Positions 46,871 to 55,878 of a stretch of 64,000 bases of DNA are shown here, one piece after another. Origin of the DNA: an uncultured Mycoplasma sp. (GTDB lineage Bacteria; Bacillota_I; Bacilli_A; RF39; UBA660). The notes under the pieces are model-generated. The model was not told where the DNA came from. It did not search any database and worked only from the letters and a program-made list of their open reading frames with translations. Both the position numbers and the translations under genes were made by a program. Each line of letters starts with the position of its first letter. Positions within the stretch are counted from its first letter, which is position 1. The stretch lies in assembly GCA_947646115.1 (NCBI GenBank), contig CANSFH010000003.1, positions 16,078 to 80,077 of the forward strand, in the 5' to 3' direction.

Positions 46871-46990
46871 TTAGATGTCAAACATTTTGGATTCTTCTTT
46901 GGCATTTTTTAAGGTACAATAAACATTAAAATCCATAATTAGTCCATTTAATTTTCTTATTACATCATTGATTAATAAATCTTCTTTCAT
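46871..46990 (-). CDS. small hypothetical protein, 39 aa
   Basis: My own translation: MKEDLLINDVIRKLNGLIMDFNVYCTLKNAKEESKMFDI. GGTGAT Shine-Dalgarno. It lies 22 nt upstream of the 40-aa ORF. Confidence 0.3.
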   Translation of the reverse strand: MKEDLLINDVIRKLNGLIMDFNVYCTLKNAKEESKMFDI

Positions 46991-47151
46991 AATATCACCA
47001 AATTTATATTAACAAATTTTTGAAGCTATATCATTAAAGTTTCATTTATTCGACAAAACTTGCCAAAATATCTTTGTAAAATTTGGTCAAGATTATTTAT
47101 TGAGGTAGAAATTAATGTACTTTTATTGTATAATTAATATTAGGTGGTAGT

Positions 47152-47709
47152 ATGAAATATCCTGGTCTTGGAAATAAGACCTATAAGAAAACTATTAATT
47201 ATAAAAACAGAGGTATGGAACTGGAAGAATTAATTAATGAAGCTTGTAGGTATTATTTAGAAAAAGATGTCGCGGTTATTTATAAAAAGCCTACCCCGAT
47301 TGGTGTCGTAAGTGTTGATTATAAAAATGGCGCTACGATAAATAAAGCTTATTTTAAAGAGCCTTCTACTTTAGATTATAATGGATTATATAAAGGAAAA
47401 TATATTGAATTTGATGCTAAAGAATGTAAAAGTAATTCAGCTTTTCCAATTAAAAATATTCATAATCATCAAATTGCTCATATAAGAAATGTAATTAAAC
47501 ATAAAGGAGTTGCTTTTCTAATTATATATATAAATGGTAATTATTATTTATTTAAAGGTGAAGATTTATTAGAATTTTTAGAAAGCGAAACAAGAAAAAG
47601 TATTCCATTTAATATAATAGATAGTAAAGGTTATAAATTAAAATATAATTATAATATGGGAATAGATTTTTTAAAAGGAATAAATGAATGTTATAAGGAG
47701 TTGGTTTAA
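47152..47709 (+). CDS. recU: Holliday junction resolvase RecU
   Basis: Family pattern (NRGMELEELIN...YKKPTPIGVV...FDAKE). Conserved recU-ponA pairing. Confidence 0.85.
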   Translation: MKYPGLGNKTYKKTINYKNRGMELEELINEACRYYLEKDVAVIYKKPTPIGVVSVDYKNGATINKAYFKEPSTLDYNGLYKGKYIEFDAKECKSNSAFPIKNIHNHQIAHIRNVIKHKGVAFLIIYINGNYYLFKGEDLLEFLESETRKSIPFNIIDSKGYKLKYNYNMGIDFLKGINECYKELV

Positions 47710-50319
47710 ATGAAATTGCCAAAAATAAAATTAAAAAAGAAAAATAGTAATAGTAATAGTACTAAAAAGAAAGTTAATAAGAAGAATTTGATTTTAATTA
47801 TTCTTATCAGTATAGGAATAATTGTTACTTCTTTAATTCTAGCTTTTGCCCTATTTATTATAATTACTAGTCCAGACTTTGTTCCACAAGAATTATATAA
47901 AAAAGAAGCTACTGTTCTTTATGCAAATGATGGAAAAACAGAAATTGCAAGATATGGAAATGAAAATGTAGAATTGATTACTTATGATGATTTACCACAA
48001 GTACTTGTAGATGCTTTAGTGGCAACAGAAGATTCAAGATATTTTCAACATAATGGTTTTGATGCAGCAAGATTTATAAAAGCTTCAATGGGACAACTTG
48101 CAGGTAAAGATGCTGGTGGTGCTTCTACTATTTCCATGCAGGTTATAAAAAATACTTATACTGGAAATATTGCTAGTGGTATAAAAGGTATTATTCGTAA
48201 ATTTACAGATATTTATATGGCAGTATTTAAACTGGAAGCTGTTTATACGAAAGAAGAAATTATTGAGTTTTATTTAAATTCTCAATGGTTAGGTGGAGGT
48301 TCTACCTATTATGGTTCAATTACAGGTATTGAACAAGGAAGTCAATATTTCTTTGGAAAGCCAGTGGCAGATTTAACTTTACCAGAAGCTAGTTTATTAG
48401 TTGGAATGTTTAATAACCCTGCTTATTTAAACCCCTATACAAATCCTGAGGGAGCAAGTAATAGACGTTCGGTTGTTCTAAATCTAATGGAAAGACATGG
48501 TTATATTACAAGTGAAGAAAAAGAATTTGCGGAAGCGATTCCAATTCAAAGTTTGCTAGCTGTACATAATAATGATTCTAATGATGAATATCAAGCATTT
48601 ATAGATTTTGTTTTAGTTCAAGTACAAAAAGAAACTGGTAAAAATCCTTATGAAGTGCCAATGGCTATTTATACAACATTGGACCCTAATATTCAAAAAG
48701 TTTTACATCAATTAGAAAATGGTGAACTATATAAATTTAAAGATGATAAAATCCAATTTGGTATGGCGATTACAAGTACTGAAGATGGTTCAGTATTAGC
48801 TTTATCAGGGGGGCGAAATTATTTGCCAAAAGGTACTAATAGAGCTGTTGGTGTAAATAATTATGATGCGACTAAAGGTATAAAAAGACAACCTGGTTCA
48901 ACGGCAAAAATACTATTTGATTATGGACCTTATATTGAATATTTACATGGTTCGACTGGTACTATATTTATAGATAAACCTTGGACTTATACAAAAGGTG
49001 GTAGCATTTATAACTATGATAGAAGTTATAAAGGTGCTATAACAATGAGAGCTGCTTTAGTAGATTCTCGAAATGTAACAGCAGTACAAGCTTTCCAACA
49101 AGTTGCTAAAGAAGTTGGAGAAGATAAAATTGCAGATTTTGTTCATAGTTTAGGAATTGATTACGGAGATACATTATATGAATCATATGCTATTGGTGGT
49201 GGTGTTTATACAGACCCTCTTACAATGTCAGCTGCATATGCGGCATTTGGACGTGGTGGATATTATGTTGAACCTTATGCATTTACAAAAGTTGTTTATT
49301 TAGAAAATGATGATGTTTATAATCATCCAATTGAAAAAAATAGAGTTATGAGCGAAGAAACAGCTTATATGATTACGGATATGTTAGTTACAGCTGGTGC
49401 TAGTGGCGTTGGTGGTAAATTTTCTATTAGTGGTACACAAATAGCTGCTAAAGGTGGTACTACTACTATTTCAGCGAGTGATGCTAAATTAAATGGAATT
49501 CCTAGTTCAGCTACTCCTGATCACTGGAATATAACTTATTCACCTAATTATTCAATTGCTTTATGGCATGGATATGATAAAAATACCGATGGATATTTTA
49601 CAAGTAGTCAAGGTAGTGCAGCTCGTAAAGCAATAATGAAAGCTGTAGCTACTAAAGTTTATAAGAAAAATGCAAAATTTTCTAAACCCTCTGGTGTTAC
49701 TTCAGTAACAGTGGAAAGAGATACTTACCCTACTAAACTTGCTTGTAGTTTTACTCCTAGTAGTTTAAAAGTTACAGAATATTATAAAGATGGTTATGAG
49801 CCTTCTGAAGTATCTTCTAGATTTGATACTTTAGCTAATCCGACGAATGGTAAAGCTAGCTTTGATGGTTCAACTATTACTCTTACTTGGGATGCAATTA
49901 GTACTCCAGAAGCTCTTGATTCTTCTTATATCGAGAATATGTATAATGATTCCTATTGGAAAAACTTTGAACAATATAGAAACGAATACTATGAGAGTTA
50001 CATAAATTACAATACAAATAGTATTGGAAATATTGGCTATCAAGTTTATTTGAAAGATGCTAGTGGTAATTTAATAAGTTTAGGATATACAACTAATAAT
50101 AGTTATACTTATACTGCTAATCCAACAACTTCTAACTATACATTTGTAATTAAATCTGCTTATAGTATTTTTAAGAATAATATGAGTGAAGGTATAATCA
50201 TTAATGCCCAAGCGCAAGTCGATAATAATATTGGAAATATTGGTGGTCCTACAGAACCTAATATTCCAGATAATCCTGATGACGGCGATGATAATCAAAA
50301 TAACGGTGCTTTAGATTAG
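47710..50319 (+). CDS. ponA: class A penicillin-binding protein PBP1A (glycosyltransferase + transpeptidase)
   Basis: GT51 motif EDSRYFQHNGFD. Transpeptidase motifs STAK, SRN and KGGTT. Long low-complexity C-terminal tail. Confidence 0.9.
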   Translation: MKLPKIKLKKKNSNSNSTKKKVNKKNLILIILISIGIIVTSLILAFALFIIITSPDFVPQELYKKEATVLYANDGKTEIARYGNENVELITYDDLPQVLVDALVATEDSRYFQHNGFDAARFIKASMGQLAGKDAGGASTISMQVIKNTYTGNIASGIKGIIRKFTDIYMAVFKLEAVYTKEEIIEFYLNSQWLGGGSTYYGSITGIEQGSQYFFGKPVADLTLPEASLLVGMFNNPAYLNPYTNPEGASNRRSVVLNLMERHGYITSEEKEFAEAIPIQSLLAVHNNDSNDEYQAFIDFVLVQVQKETGKNPYEVPMAIYTTLDPNIQKVLHQLENGELYKFKDDKIQFGMAITSTEDGSVLALSGGRNYLPKGTNRAVGVNNYDATKGIKRQPGSTAKILFDYGPYIEYLHGSTGTIFIDKPWTYTKGGSIYNYDRSYKGAITMRAALVDSRNVTAVQAFQQVAKEVGEDKIADFVHSLGIDYGDTLYESYAIGGGVYTDPLTMSAAYAAFGRGGYYVEPYAFTKVVYLENDDVYNHPIEKNRVMSEETAYMITDMLVTAGASGVGGKFSISGTQIAAKGGTTTISASDAKLNGIPSSATPDHWNITYSPNYSIALWHGYDKNTDGYFTSSQGSAARKAIMKAVATKVYKKNAKFSKPSGVTSVTVERDTYPTKLACSFTPSSLKVTEYYKDGYEPSEVSSRFDTLANPTNGKASFDGSTITLTWDAISTPEALDSSYIENMYNDSYWKNFEQYRNEYYESYINYNTNSIGNIGYQVYLKDASGNLISLGYTTNNSYTYTANPTTSNYTFVIKSAYSIFKNNMSEGIIINAQAQVDNNIGNIGGPTEPNIPDNPDDGDDNQNNGALD

Positions 50320-50327
50320 CATCGTTT

Positions 50328-51254
50328 TTATATATCGTTATAACTATAATTAATTTTTAAAGATCTTATAGTATACCCTTTAGAACTTTTAATAAAATAG
50401 TCTTCTATATTCTTACAGGGACTATTTTCATAATCTTCAGATAATGTACTTAAATAATCAATTAAATCATCAAAAGAAATAGCATTGCCTTCCATATCAT
50501 GTTTAAAAATTTTAGCTAGTAATTTATTTAATGGTAAATAATCGTGATATAAAGCAGCATTATAACAAGTCAAGAAAAAGTCTTGGTCACAAAATAAATA
50601 TTCCCAGATATCCGTTACTTCATAGGCATATAAATAATCATCATCTAAATTAAAGCTATCTAATAAAGTTTTTATTCCAACATCAGTAATTGGCTTTTTA
50701 GCTAAATTACTAATAATTTGCAAATAAATATTGGTAATAAAACTATTAAAAGCTTCATCAAGCATTAAGTTTCCTTCATAGTAATCTTTACCATCATACA
50801 TGTAAAATAAAATTCCTGCATAGCAATATGATTTTCTACCATTAGATTCAAAATTGCTAACGATTACATTAATGGCGTGTTTAACTTCATGTATTATATA
50901 TTCAAATAAAAGAGAAAAAACGATTTTACTAGAAATTCGTATTTTTCTTAAATCTATTGCAATAAATTCATAATTATATATATCGTTTAAATCAAAATCA
51001 GGATTATGATGAAAACCTGGGGCGTCAAGTGGTGCTTGGAACTCTGTTAATATATCATCAAATTCTCCATTATTAAATAAGATATATACCCTACTAAATA
51101 CTTCATCTAGTAAGTCAGTAATATCATTATCAATTGATGCCATGGCAATATAACAAATAGTAAAAATGTTTATTTGTTCTTCAGTATAAGGAAAATGTTT
51201 AGTTAATAGAGTTATTCTTTCCTTTACTTCTTTTATTTTTTCATTTATATTCAT
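50328..51254 (-). CDS. hypothetical HExxH protein, tandem paralog B
   Basis: IIHEVKHAIN motif and LDEAFNSF block. Clearly homologous along its length to 51266-52177. The ATG at 51254 is preceded by GAGAGGGGA. The track start at 51269 is a TTG. Confidence 0.55.
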   Translation of the reverse strand: MNINEKIKEVKERITLLTKHFPYTEEQINIFTICYIAMASIDNDITDLLDEVFSRVYILFNNGEFDDILTEFQAPLDAPGFHHNPDFDLNDIYNYEFIAIDLRKIRISSKIVFSLLFEYIIHEVKHAINVIVSNFESNGRKSYCYAGILFYMYDGKDYYEGNLMLDEAFNSFITNIYLQIISNLAKKPITDVGIKTLLDSFNLDDDYLYAYEVTDIWEYLFCDQDFFLTCYNAALYHDYLPLNKLLAKIFKHDMEGNAISFDDLIDYLSTLSEDYENSPCKNIEDYFIKSSKGYTIRSLKINYSYNDI

Positions 51255-51265
51255 TGTGTCCCCTC

Positions 51266-52177
51266 TCAATCTATATTGATATTTTGATTACTTTCATTAA
51301 ATTTTAAAGATAATTTAGGACCTTTAAGTGGTGATAAAGCTATCTTTCTAGGTAAAGTATTGCTACTAAAAGAGTAGTAATCAAATAATAAAACATCAAA
51401 AATATAGTATGGATCGTCTTGATAGATTTCCTCTAATCTAGTAAACAAAGGAGTAAAATCTTTATATAAAGTAGCATTATAAAATAATTTAAACATTTCT
51501 TCATTACTAAATATAGGTTCTAGAAGTGTAGTTGTTTTAGCGTAGCTATATTTATAAGAATATAAGCTAAAGTTACGTAAGATATTGCTTATGCCTTCAT
51601 CTTCAATATCGCAATTTAAAATTCGTTCTATTTGCTTTAAATATAATTTAACTAGAAAGCTATTAAATGATTCTTCTAAAAGAAGATATTCGCCTAAATC
51701 TCCTGGTATATTTCTTACCATAGTATATATTCCACAATGAAAAACAGCATGATTACCATTTTTACCAAAAGATTTAATTATACTATTCATACCATGTTTT
51801 ATTTCATGTAAAAATGAATCTATTACATCTCTTATATGATAATTGATTTTTCTTTTGCGAGAATGAGGTCGCCAATCGCAAATAATAATAAAGTCATCGT
51901 TATAGCTTCGGTTATTATCGAAACTTGGTTCTTTATAATAATCACTATCACAATTTATATCTGGATAGTATTTTTTTAAAATTTTATCGTAAGAGCCATC
52001 GTTAATTAAAATATATTTTGAGGATAATACCATTTCTAAAATATCTTTTGTGTCTTCATCAAAAGAAACAATGGCAAAATAGCATAATGTTAAAATATTT
52101 ATGGTATCTTCATCATAATTAAAATGTTGTGTCAGATTTATAACATGAAGTTTTATTTTAGTTAATAGTTCATTCAT
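51266..52177 (-). CDS. hypothetical HExxH protein, tandem paralog A
   Basis: FLHEIKHGMN motif and LEESFNSF block. Paralog of the downstream gene. Confidence 0.55.
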   Translation of the reverse strand: MNELLTKIKLHVINLTQHFNYDEDTINILTLCYFAIVSFDEDTKDILEMVLSSKYILINDGSYDKILKKYYPDINCDSDYYKEPSFDNNRSYNDDFIIICDWRPHSRKRKINYHIRDVIDSFLHEIKHGMNSIIKSFGKNGNHAVFHCGIYTMVRNIPGDLGEYLLLEESFNSFLVKLYLKQIERILNCDIEDEGISNILRNFSLYSYKYSYAKTTTLLEPIFSNEEMFKLFYNATLYKDFTPLFTRLEEIYQDDPYYIFDVLLFDYYSFSSNTLPRKIALSPLKGPKLSLKFNESNQNINID

Positions 52178-52215
52178 AAATGCCCTCTTCTTTATTAAGT
52201 TCGTATTATAAAATA

Positions 52216-52255
52216 AACTATATAAAAAAGCAAGCTATATGTTCATAGTTTGCTT
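52216..52255 (-). terminator. terminator-like hairpin at the sigE stop codon
   Basis: On the minus strand, AAGCAAACTA-tgaacata-TAGCTTGCTT (10 bp including one G-U) is followed by TTTTTTAT. Confidence 0.45.
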
Positions 52256-52918
52256 AAGTCTTTTAATTACTTTCTTTTCGATACGCGAAATATAACTTTG
52301 AGAAATACCAAGTTTTTCGGCGACTTCTTTTTGAGTATATTCTTTAGTATTATGTAATCCATATCTTAAAGTCATAATCTCTTGTTCTCGAGGGTCTAAA
52401 GTACTTATTTCTCTTTCAAGTATTTCTTTATTTAAAATTCGTTCATATTCATTAGGAACATAATCAATCTCTGTTCCTAAAATGTCTTCTAAATGTAATT
52501 CATTACCATCAGAATCATAATTTAGGGCATCTTCAAAGCTTATCTCTCCTCTTCTTTTTTTGTTTTTACGAAGAAACATTAATATTTCATTTGAGATACA
52601 CCTCGATGCATAAGTAGCTAATTTTATATTCTTATCTAGCTTATAAGTATTTATTCCTTTAATTAAACCAATTGAACCAATACTAACTAAATCTTCAACA
52701 TCATAGCCTGTATTTTCATATTTTTTGGCTAAAAAAACAACTAGTCTCAAATTATGTTCAATTAATTTATTTTTAGCTTCTATATCACCTTTGCTAGCTT
52801 TTATAACTGCATCTCTTTCTTCAACATCATTTAGTGGGGGTGGTAATTTATCTGTGGACCCCACAAAGAAACACTCATTATATTTCTGTTTTAACCAAAG
52901 TAAAAATTTATTAATCAT
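52235..52918 (-). CDS. sigE: sporulation sigma factor SigE (pro-sigma-E)
   Basis: Pro-sequence followed by LPPPL..EE, then LIEHNLRLVVFLAKKY and LATYASRCISNEILMFLR. It lies immediately after spoIIGA, with an 8-nt overlap. Confidence 0.85.
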   Translation of the reverse strand: MINKFLLWLKQKYNECFFVGSTDKLPPPLNDVEERDAVIKASKGDIEAKNKLIEHNLRLVVFLAKKYENTGYDVEDLVSIGSIGLIKGINTYKLDKNIKLATYASRCISNEILMFLRKNKKRRGEISFEDALNYDSDGNELHLEDILGTEIDYVPNEYERILNKEILEREISTLDPREQEIMTLRYGLHNTKEYTQKEVAEKLGISQSYISRIEKKVIKRLKQTMNI

Positions 52919-53705
52919 TTATATCCTCCAATAATTGATAATTTAATAAACATTCTATGCCATTTAGTTTAAAATTAGTATCACTTAATCCTATTAAATA
53001 ATTATTTAGTTCTTTATTATTAATAATTAGTTTTTTAGGTTTAATGACTTCTAAAAGTCCATGATTATTCAAACTATTATATGGGATATACATTGGACTT
53101 CTTATTTTTAGTTCGCCTTTTAATATTTTTTTATTAATTAAAATAATAGGTTTATTAGTAACAGGATCTTTTAATTTATTACCTGTATCTAGAAATCCAG
53201 TTAGAGTAAAATTATTATTTTCTAAAATAATATTTACTTTATAATAATAATTTTTTACTTCTTTTAATACTTTTATAGATTTTAGAAAAACATAGAGAAT
53301 GAATGGAGCAATAAACAATAAAATCAGATAATTTATAGTTAAGCCTTGATAATAAAATACTAAACCGTTGTTTTGATAGCTGAATGTTGTTTTTAAATAG
53401 TAAAGAAAACCGCCAAGTATAATACTAGTCATATATAAATAAATGATATTATAGAAAGTATATTTAATATTTTTATAGCCAAAGGAAATAATAGACATTC
53501 CTACCCCCATTAAAAGCTTTAAAATTGTTAGAAGAGTACTACTAAAAGGAATGAAAAGACTTAAAAGAGAAATACTGCCAAATAAAGATCCTAATAATAA
53601 TCTAGATATTTTACTATATCTTTTTAAAGCAATATTTACAGTTAATAGTAAAAGAAAATCTAAAATGAAATTAATTAAAAATACTAGGTCTACATATATT
53701 ATCAT
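52911..53705 (-). CDS. spoIIGA: sigma-E processing peptidase SpoIIGA
   Basis: Five N-terminal TM helices and the aspartic-protease motif GFLDTGN. Confidence 0.85.
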   Translation of the reverse strand: MIIYVDLVFLINFILDFLLLLTVNIALKRYSKISRLLLGSLFGSISLLSLFIPFSSTLLTILKLLMGVGMSIISFGYKNIKYTFYNIIYLYMTSIILGGFLYYLKTTFSYQNNGLVFYYQGLTINYLILLFIAPFILYVFLKSIKVLKEVKNYYYKVNIILENNNFTLTGFLDTGNKLKDPVTNKPIILINKKILKGELKIRSPMYIPYNSLNNHGLLEVIKPKKLIINNKELNNYLIGLSDTNFKLNGIECLLNYQLLEDIND

Positions 53706-53720
53706 AATATCACCATTTAG

Positions 53721-53753
53721 ATTATATATTATTTATAGTGAATTTTTTGTCAA
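53721..53753 (-). promoter_or_regulatory. candidate spoIIG-type promoter with over-long spacer
   Basis: Minus strand: TTGACA (53753-53748), 21-nt spacer, TATAAT (53726-53721). The -35 is embedded in TTTGACA, one mismatch from a Spo0A box (TTCGACA). An alternative -10, TAATAT, gives 16-nt spacing. Confidence 0.35.
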
Positions 53754-53778
53754 ATAAACAGATGAGCTTTATTTTTTT

Positions 53779-53807
53779 AATAAAAAAATCAGAGATATTT
53801 TCTGATT
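53779..53807 (-). terminator. rho-independent terminator of dxs
   Basis: On the minus strand, AATCAGA-aaatatc-TCTGATT is followed by TTTTTTTATT. Confidence 0.7.
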
Positions 53808-55651
53808 TATTCATAAAGTTTTTTTATTTCTAAAGCAATACTTTTTGGATCCATTTTTTCTTCAATTAGTAGTTCTTCAATACTACCATGATCAATAAAT
53901 TTATCTTGATAACCCATTATTTTAATTTTACCTTTAAAATTTAAGTTATTTAAAGCATATAATACTTGTTCTCCAAATCCTCCAATAATATTATTATCTT
54001 CTAAAGTTAAAACATTATAATTTTTATTTACAATCTTTTTTAAATATTTATAATCTAGAGGTTTAATAAAGGTGGCATTAATTATAATAGGATTATAGTT
54101 TTTTAAAGTTTCTTTGGCTTTTATCGCTTTTTCAACCATTTTACCAGTAGCTAAAATAACTACTTTTTCACCTTTTTCAATTTGTTCCCAAACTCCAGTT
54201 TTAATTTCAGTTAGAGGTTTTAGGTTTAATTCATCTCCACCTCTAGGATATCTAATTGCAACAGGACCTGTTTCATTAAAAGCATAATCAAGCAAAACTT
54301 CCATTTCACTAGTACATTTAGGACTTAATATTTTAAGGTTAGGCATTAAATTTAAATATGATATATCAAATACACCTTGATGAGTTTTGCCATCGTTTCC
54401 TACAAGCCCTGCTCTATCTATACCAAAAACAACAGGTAAGTTTTGCATACATACATCGATTAAAAGTTGATCGAAGCCTCGTTCTAAAAAAGTTGAATAA
54501 ACTGCAAAAACAGGTCGTAAACCGCTAGTAGCCATACCTGCAGCAAGAGTGACAGCATGTTCTTCAGTAATACCTACATCAAAAGTACGATTTGGATAAA
54601 GTTTAGCAAATTCTTTTAAGCCTGTTCCATTAATCATGGCCGCAGAGATAGCAACTATAGTATTATCTTTTTTTGCTAATTTTACTAGCGACTTTCCAAA
54701 AGCATTAGAATAGGTATTAGGATTATTTTGTGTTGAGGTCCCAGTTGTAATGTCAAATTTTGATACAGCGTGAAATTTATCAGGATTTTCTAAAGCTGGG
54801 ATATATCCTATTCCTTTTGTAGTAACAATATGTAATACAACTGGACCATCAAGTTTTTTGACTTTTTTTAGTACTCGATCTAAATCTTTTAAATTATGTC
54901 CATCTATTGGTCCAATATATCTAACGCCTAAATTTTCAAAAAACATTGGATTAAAGAAAAGCGTTTTAATACTATTTTTAATTCTTCTTATTATTTTAAT
55001 AATTTTATTATTTTTTTCAAGGATTAGTTTACGATGCATACTTTTTTTTATTTTATTATAAGATGGATTTAGTTTTACTTTATTTAAGTAATTAGATAAG
55101 CCCCCTACATTGGAAGAGATACTCATTTGATTATCATTTAAAATTATAAGCATCTTACTATGATTATAACCTAAATCATTTAAAGCTTCATATACCATTC
55201 CACCTGTAAAAGCTCCATCACCTATCACAGATATTATATTATGGTCTTCACCTTTTAAGTCTCGAGCGCGAGCCATTCCTAAAGCTGCAGAGATGGAATT
55301 ACTACTATGGCCAGTATCAAAGAAATCATACTTGCTCTCTTCCCTTTTAGGAAATCCGCTTATTCCTTTATAATTACGTAAAGTATTAAATGTATTTTTG
55401 CGGTCAGTTAATATTTTATAAATATAACTTTGATGTCCAACATCAAATACTATTTTATCTTTTGTAAAATCAAAATTATTTAATAAGGCAATGGTAAGTT
55501 CTACTACACCTAAATTGGAAGCTAAATGGCCCCCATTTTTAGAAACATTATCCAAAAGAAATTCTCTTAATTCGATAGCTAATTCATTTTGTTCATTAAA
55601 AGATAATTTTTTTATATCTTCTGGTTTATTTATTTTATCTAATATTTTCAT
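53807..55651 (-). CDS. dxs: 1-deoxy-D-xylulose-5-phosphate synthase
   Basis: GHSSNSISAALGMA and IGDGAFTGGMVYEALN (ThDP motif). Transketolase-like domains. Confidence 0.95.
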   Translation of the reverse strand: MKILDKINKPEDIKKLSFNEQNELAIELREFLLDNVSKNGGHLASNLGVVELTIALLNNFDFTKDKIVFDVGHQSYIYKILTDRKNTFNTLRNYKGISGFPKREESKYDFFDTGHSSNSISAALGMARARDLKGEDHNIISVIGDGAFTGGMVYEALNDLGYNHSKMLIILNDNQMSISSNVGGLSNYLNKVKLNPSYNKIKKSMHRKLILEKNNKIIKIIRRIKNSIKTLFFNPMFFENLGVRYIGPIDGHNLKDLDRVLKKVKKLDGPVVLHIVTTKGIGYIPALENPDKFHAVSKFDITTGTSTQNNPNTYSNAFGKSLVKLAKKDNTIVAISAAMINGTGLKEFAKLYPNRTFDVGITEEHAVTLAAGMATSGLRPVFAVYSTFLERGFDQLLIDVCMQNLPVVFGIDRAGLVGNDGKTHQGVFDISYLNLMPNLKILSPKCTSEMEVLLDYAFNETGPVAIRYPRGGDELNLKPLTEIKTGVWEQIEKGEKVVILATGKMVEKAIKAKETLKNYNPIIINATFIKPLDYKYLKKIVNKNYNVLTLEDNNIIGGFGEQVLYALNNLNFKGKIKIMGYQDKFIDHGSIEELLIEEKMDPKSIALEIKKLYE

Positions 55652-55878
55652 AGAACTACACCTCGAAAATATTATACACTATTAAACATTTTTTTTAAAG
55701 TTTATTACTTAAAATTACTCCAAAATAAAATTTGAGCAAATACTCAAATTTTACCCAAGCATTTTGATTAAAAAAGCCTGTATGTTATTCTAAGTAAAAT
55801 ACGAAGTTTACTTAGTGGTTATATTATAACATAATAATTTATTTTTTACTAGGAGTAACTTTAAAATTATGTAAATTT

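Noticed and set aside
55731-55815. Two AT-rich hairpins between polC and dxs (TTTGAG-N6-CTCAAA and TAAGTAAA-N8-TTTACTTA) as structured RNAs
   Set aside because: The first is adequately explained as the polC terminator, since a T-run follows it on the minus strand. The second has no U-tract, and its stem consists almost entirely of A-U pairs. There is no evidence for more than that.
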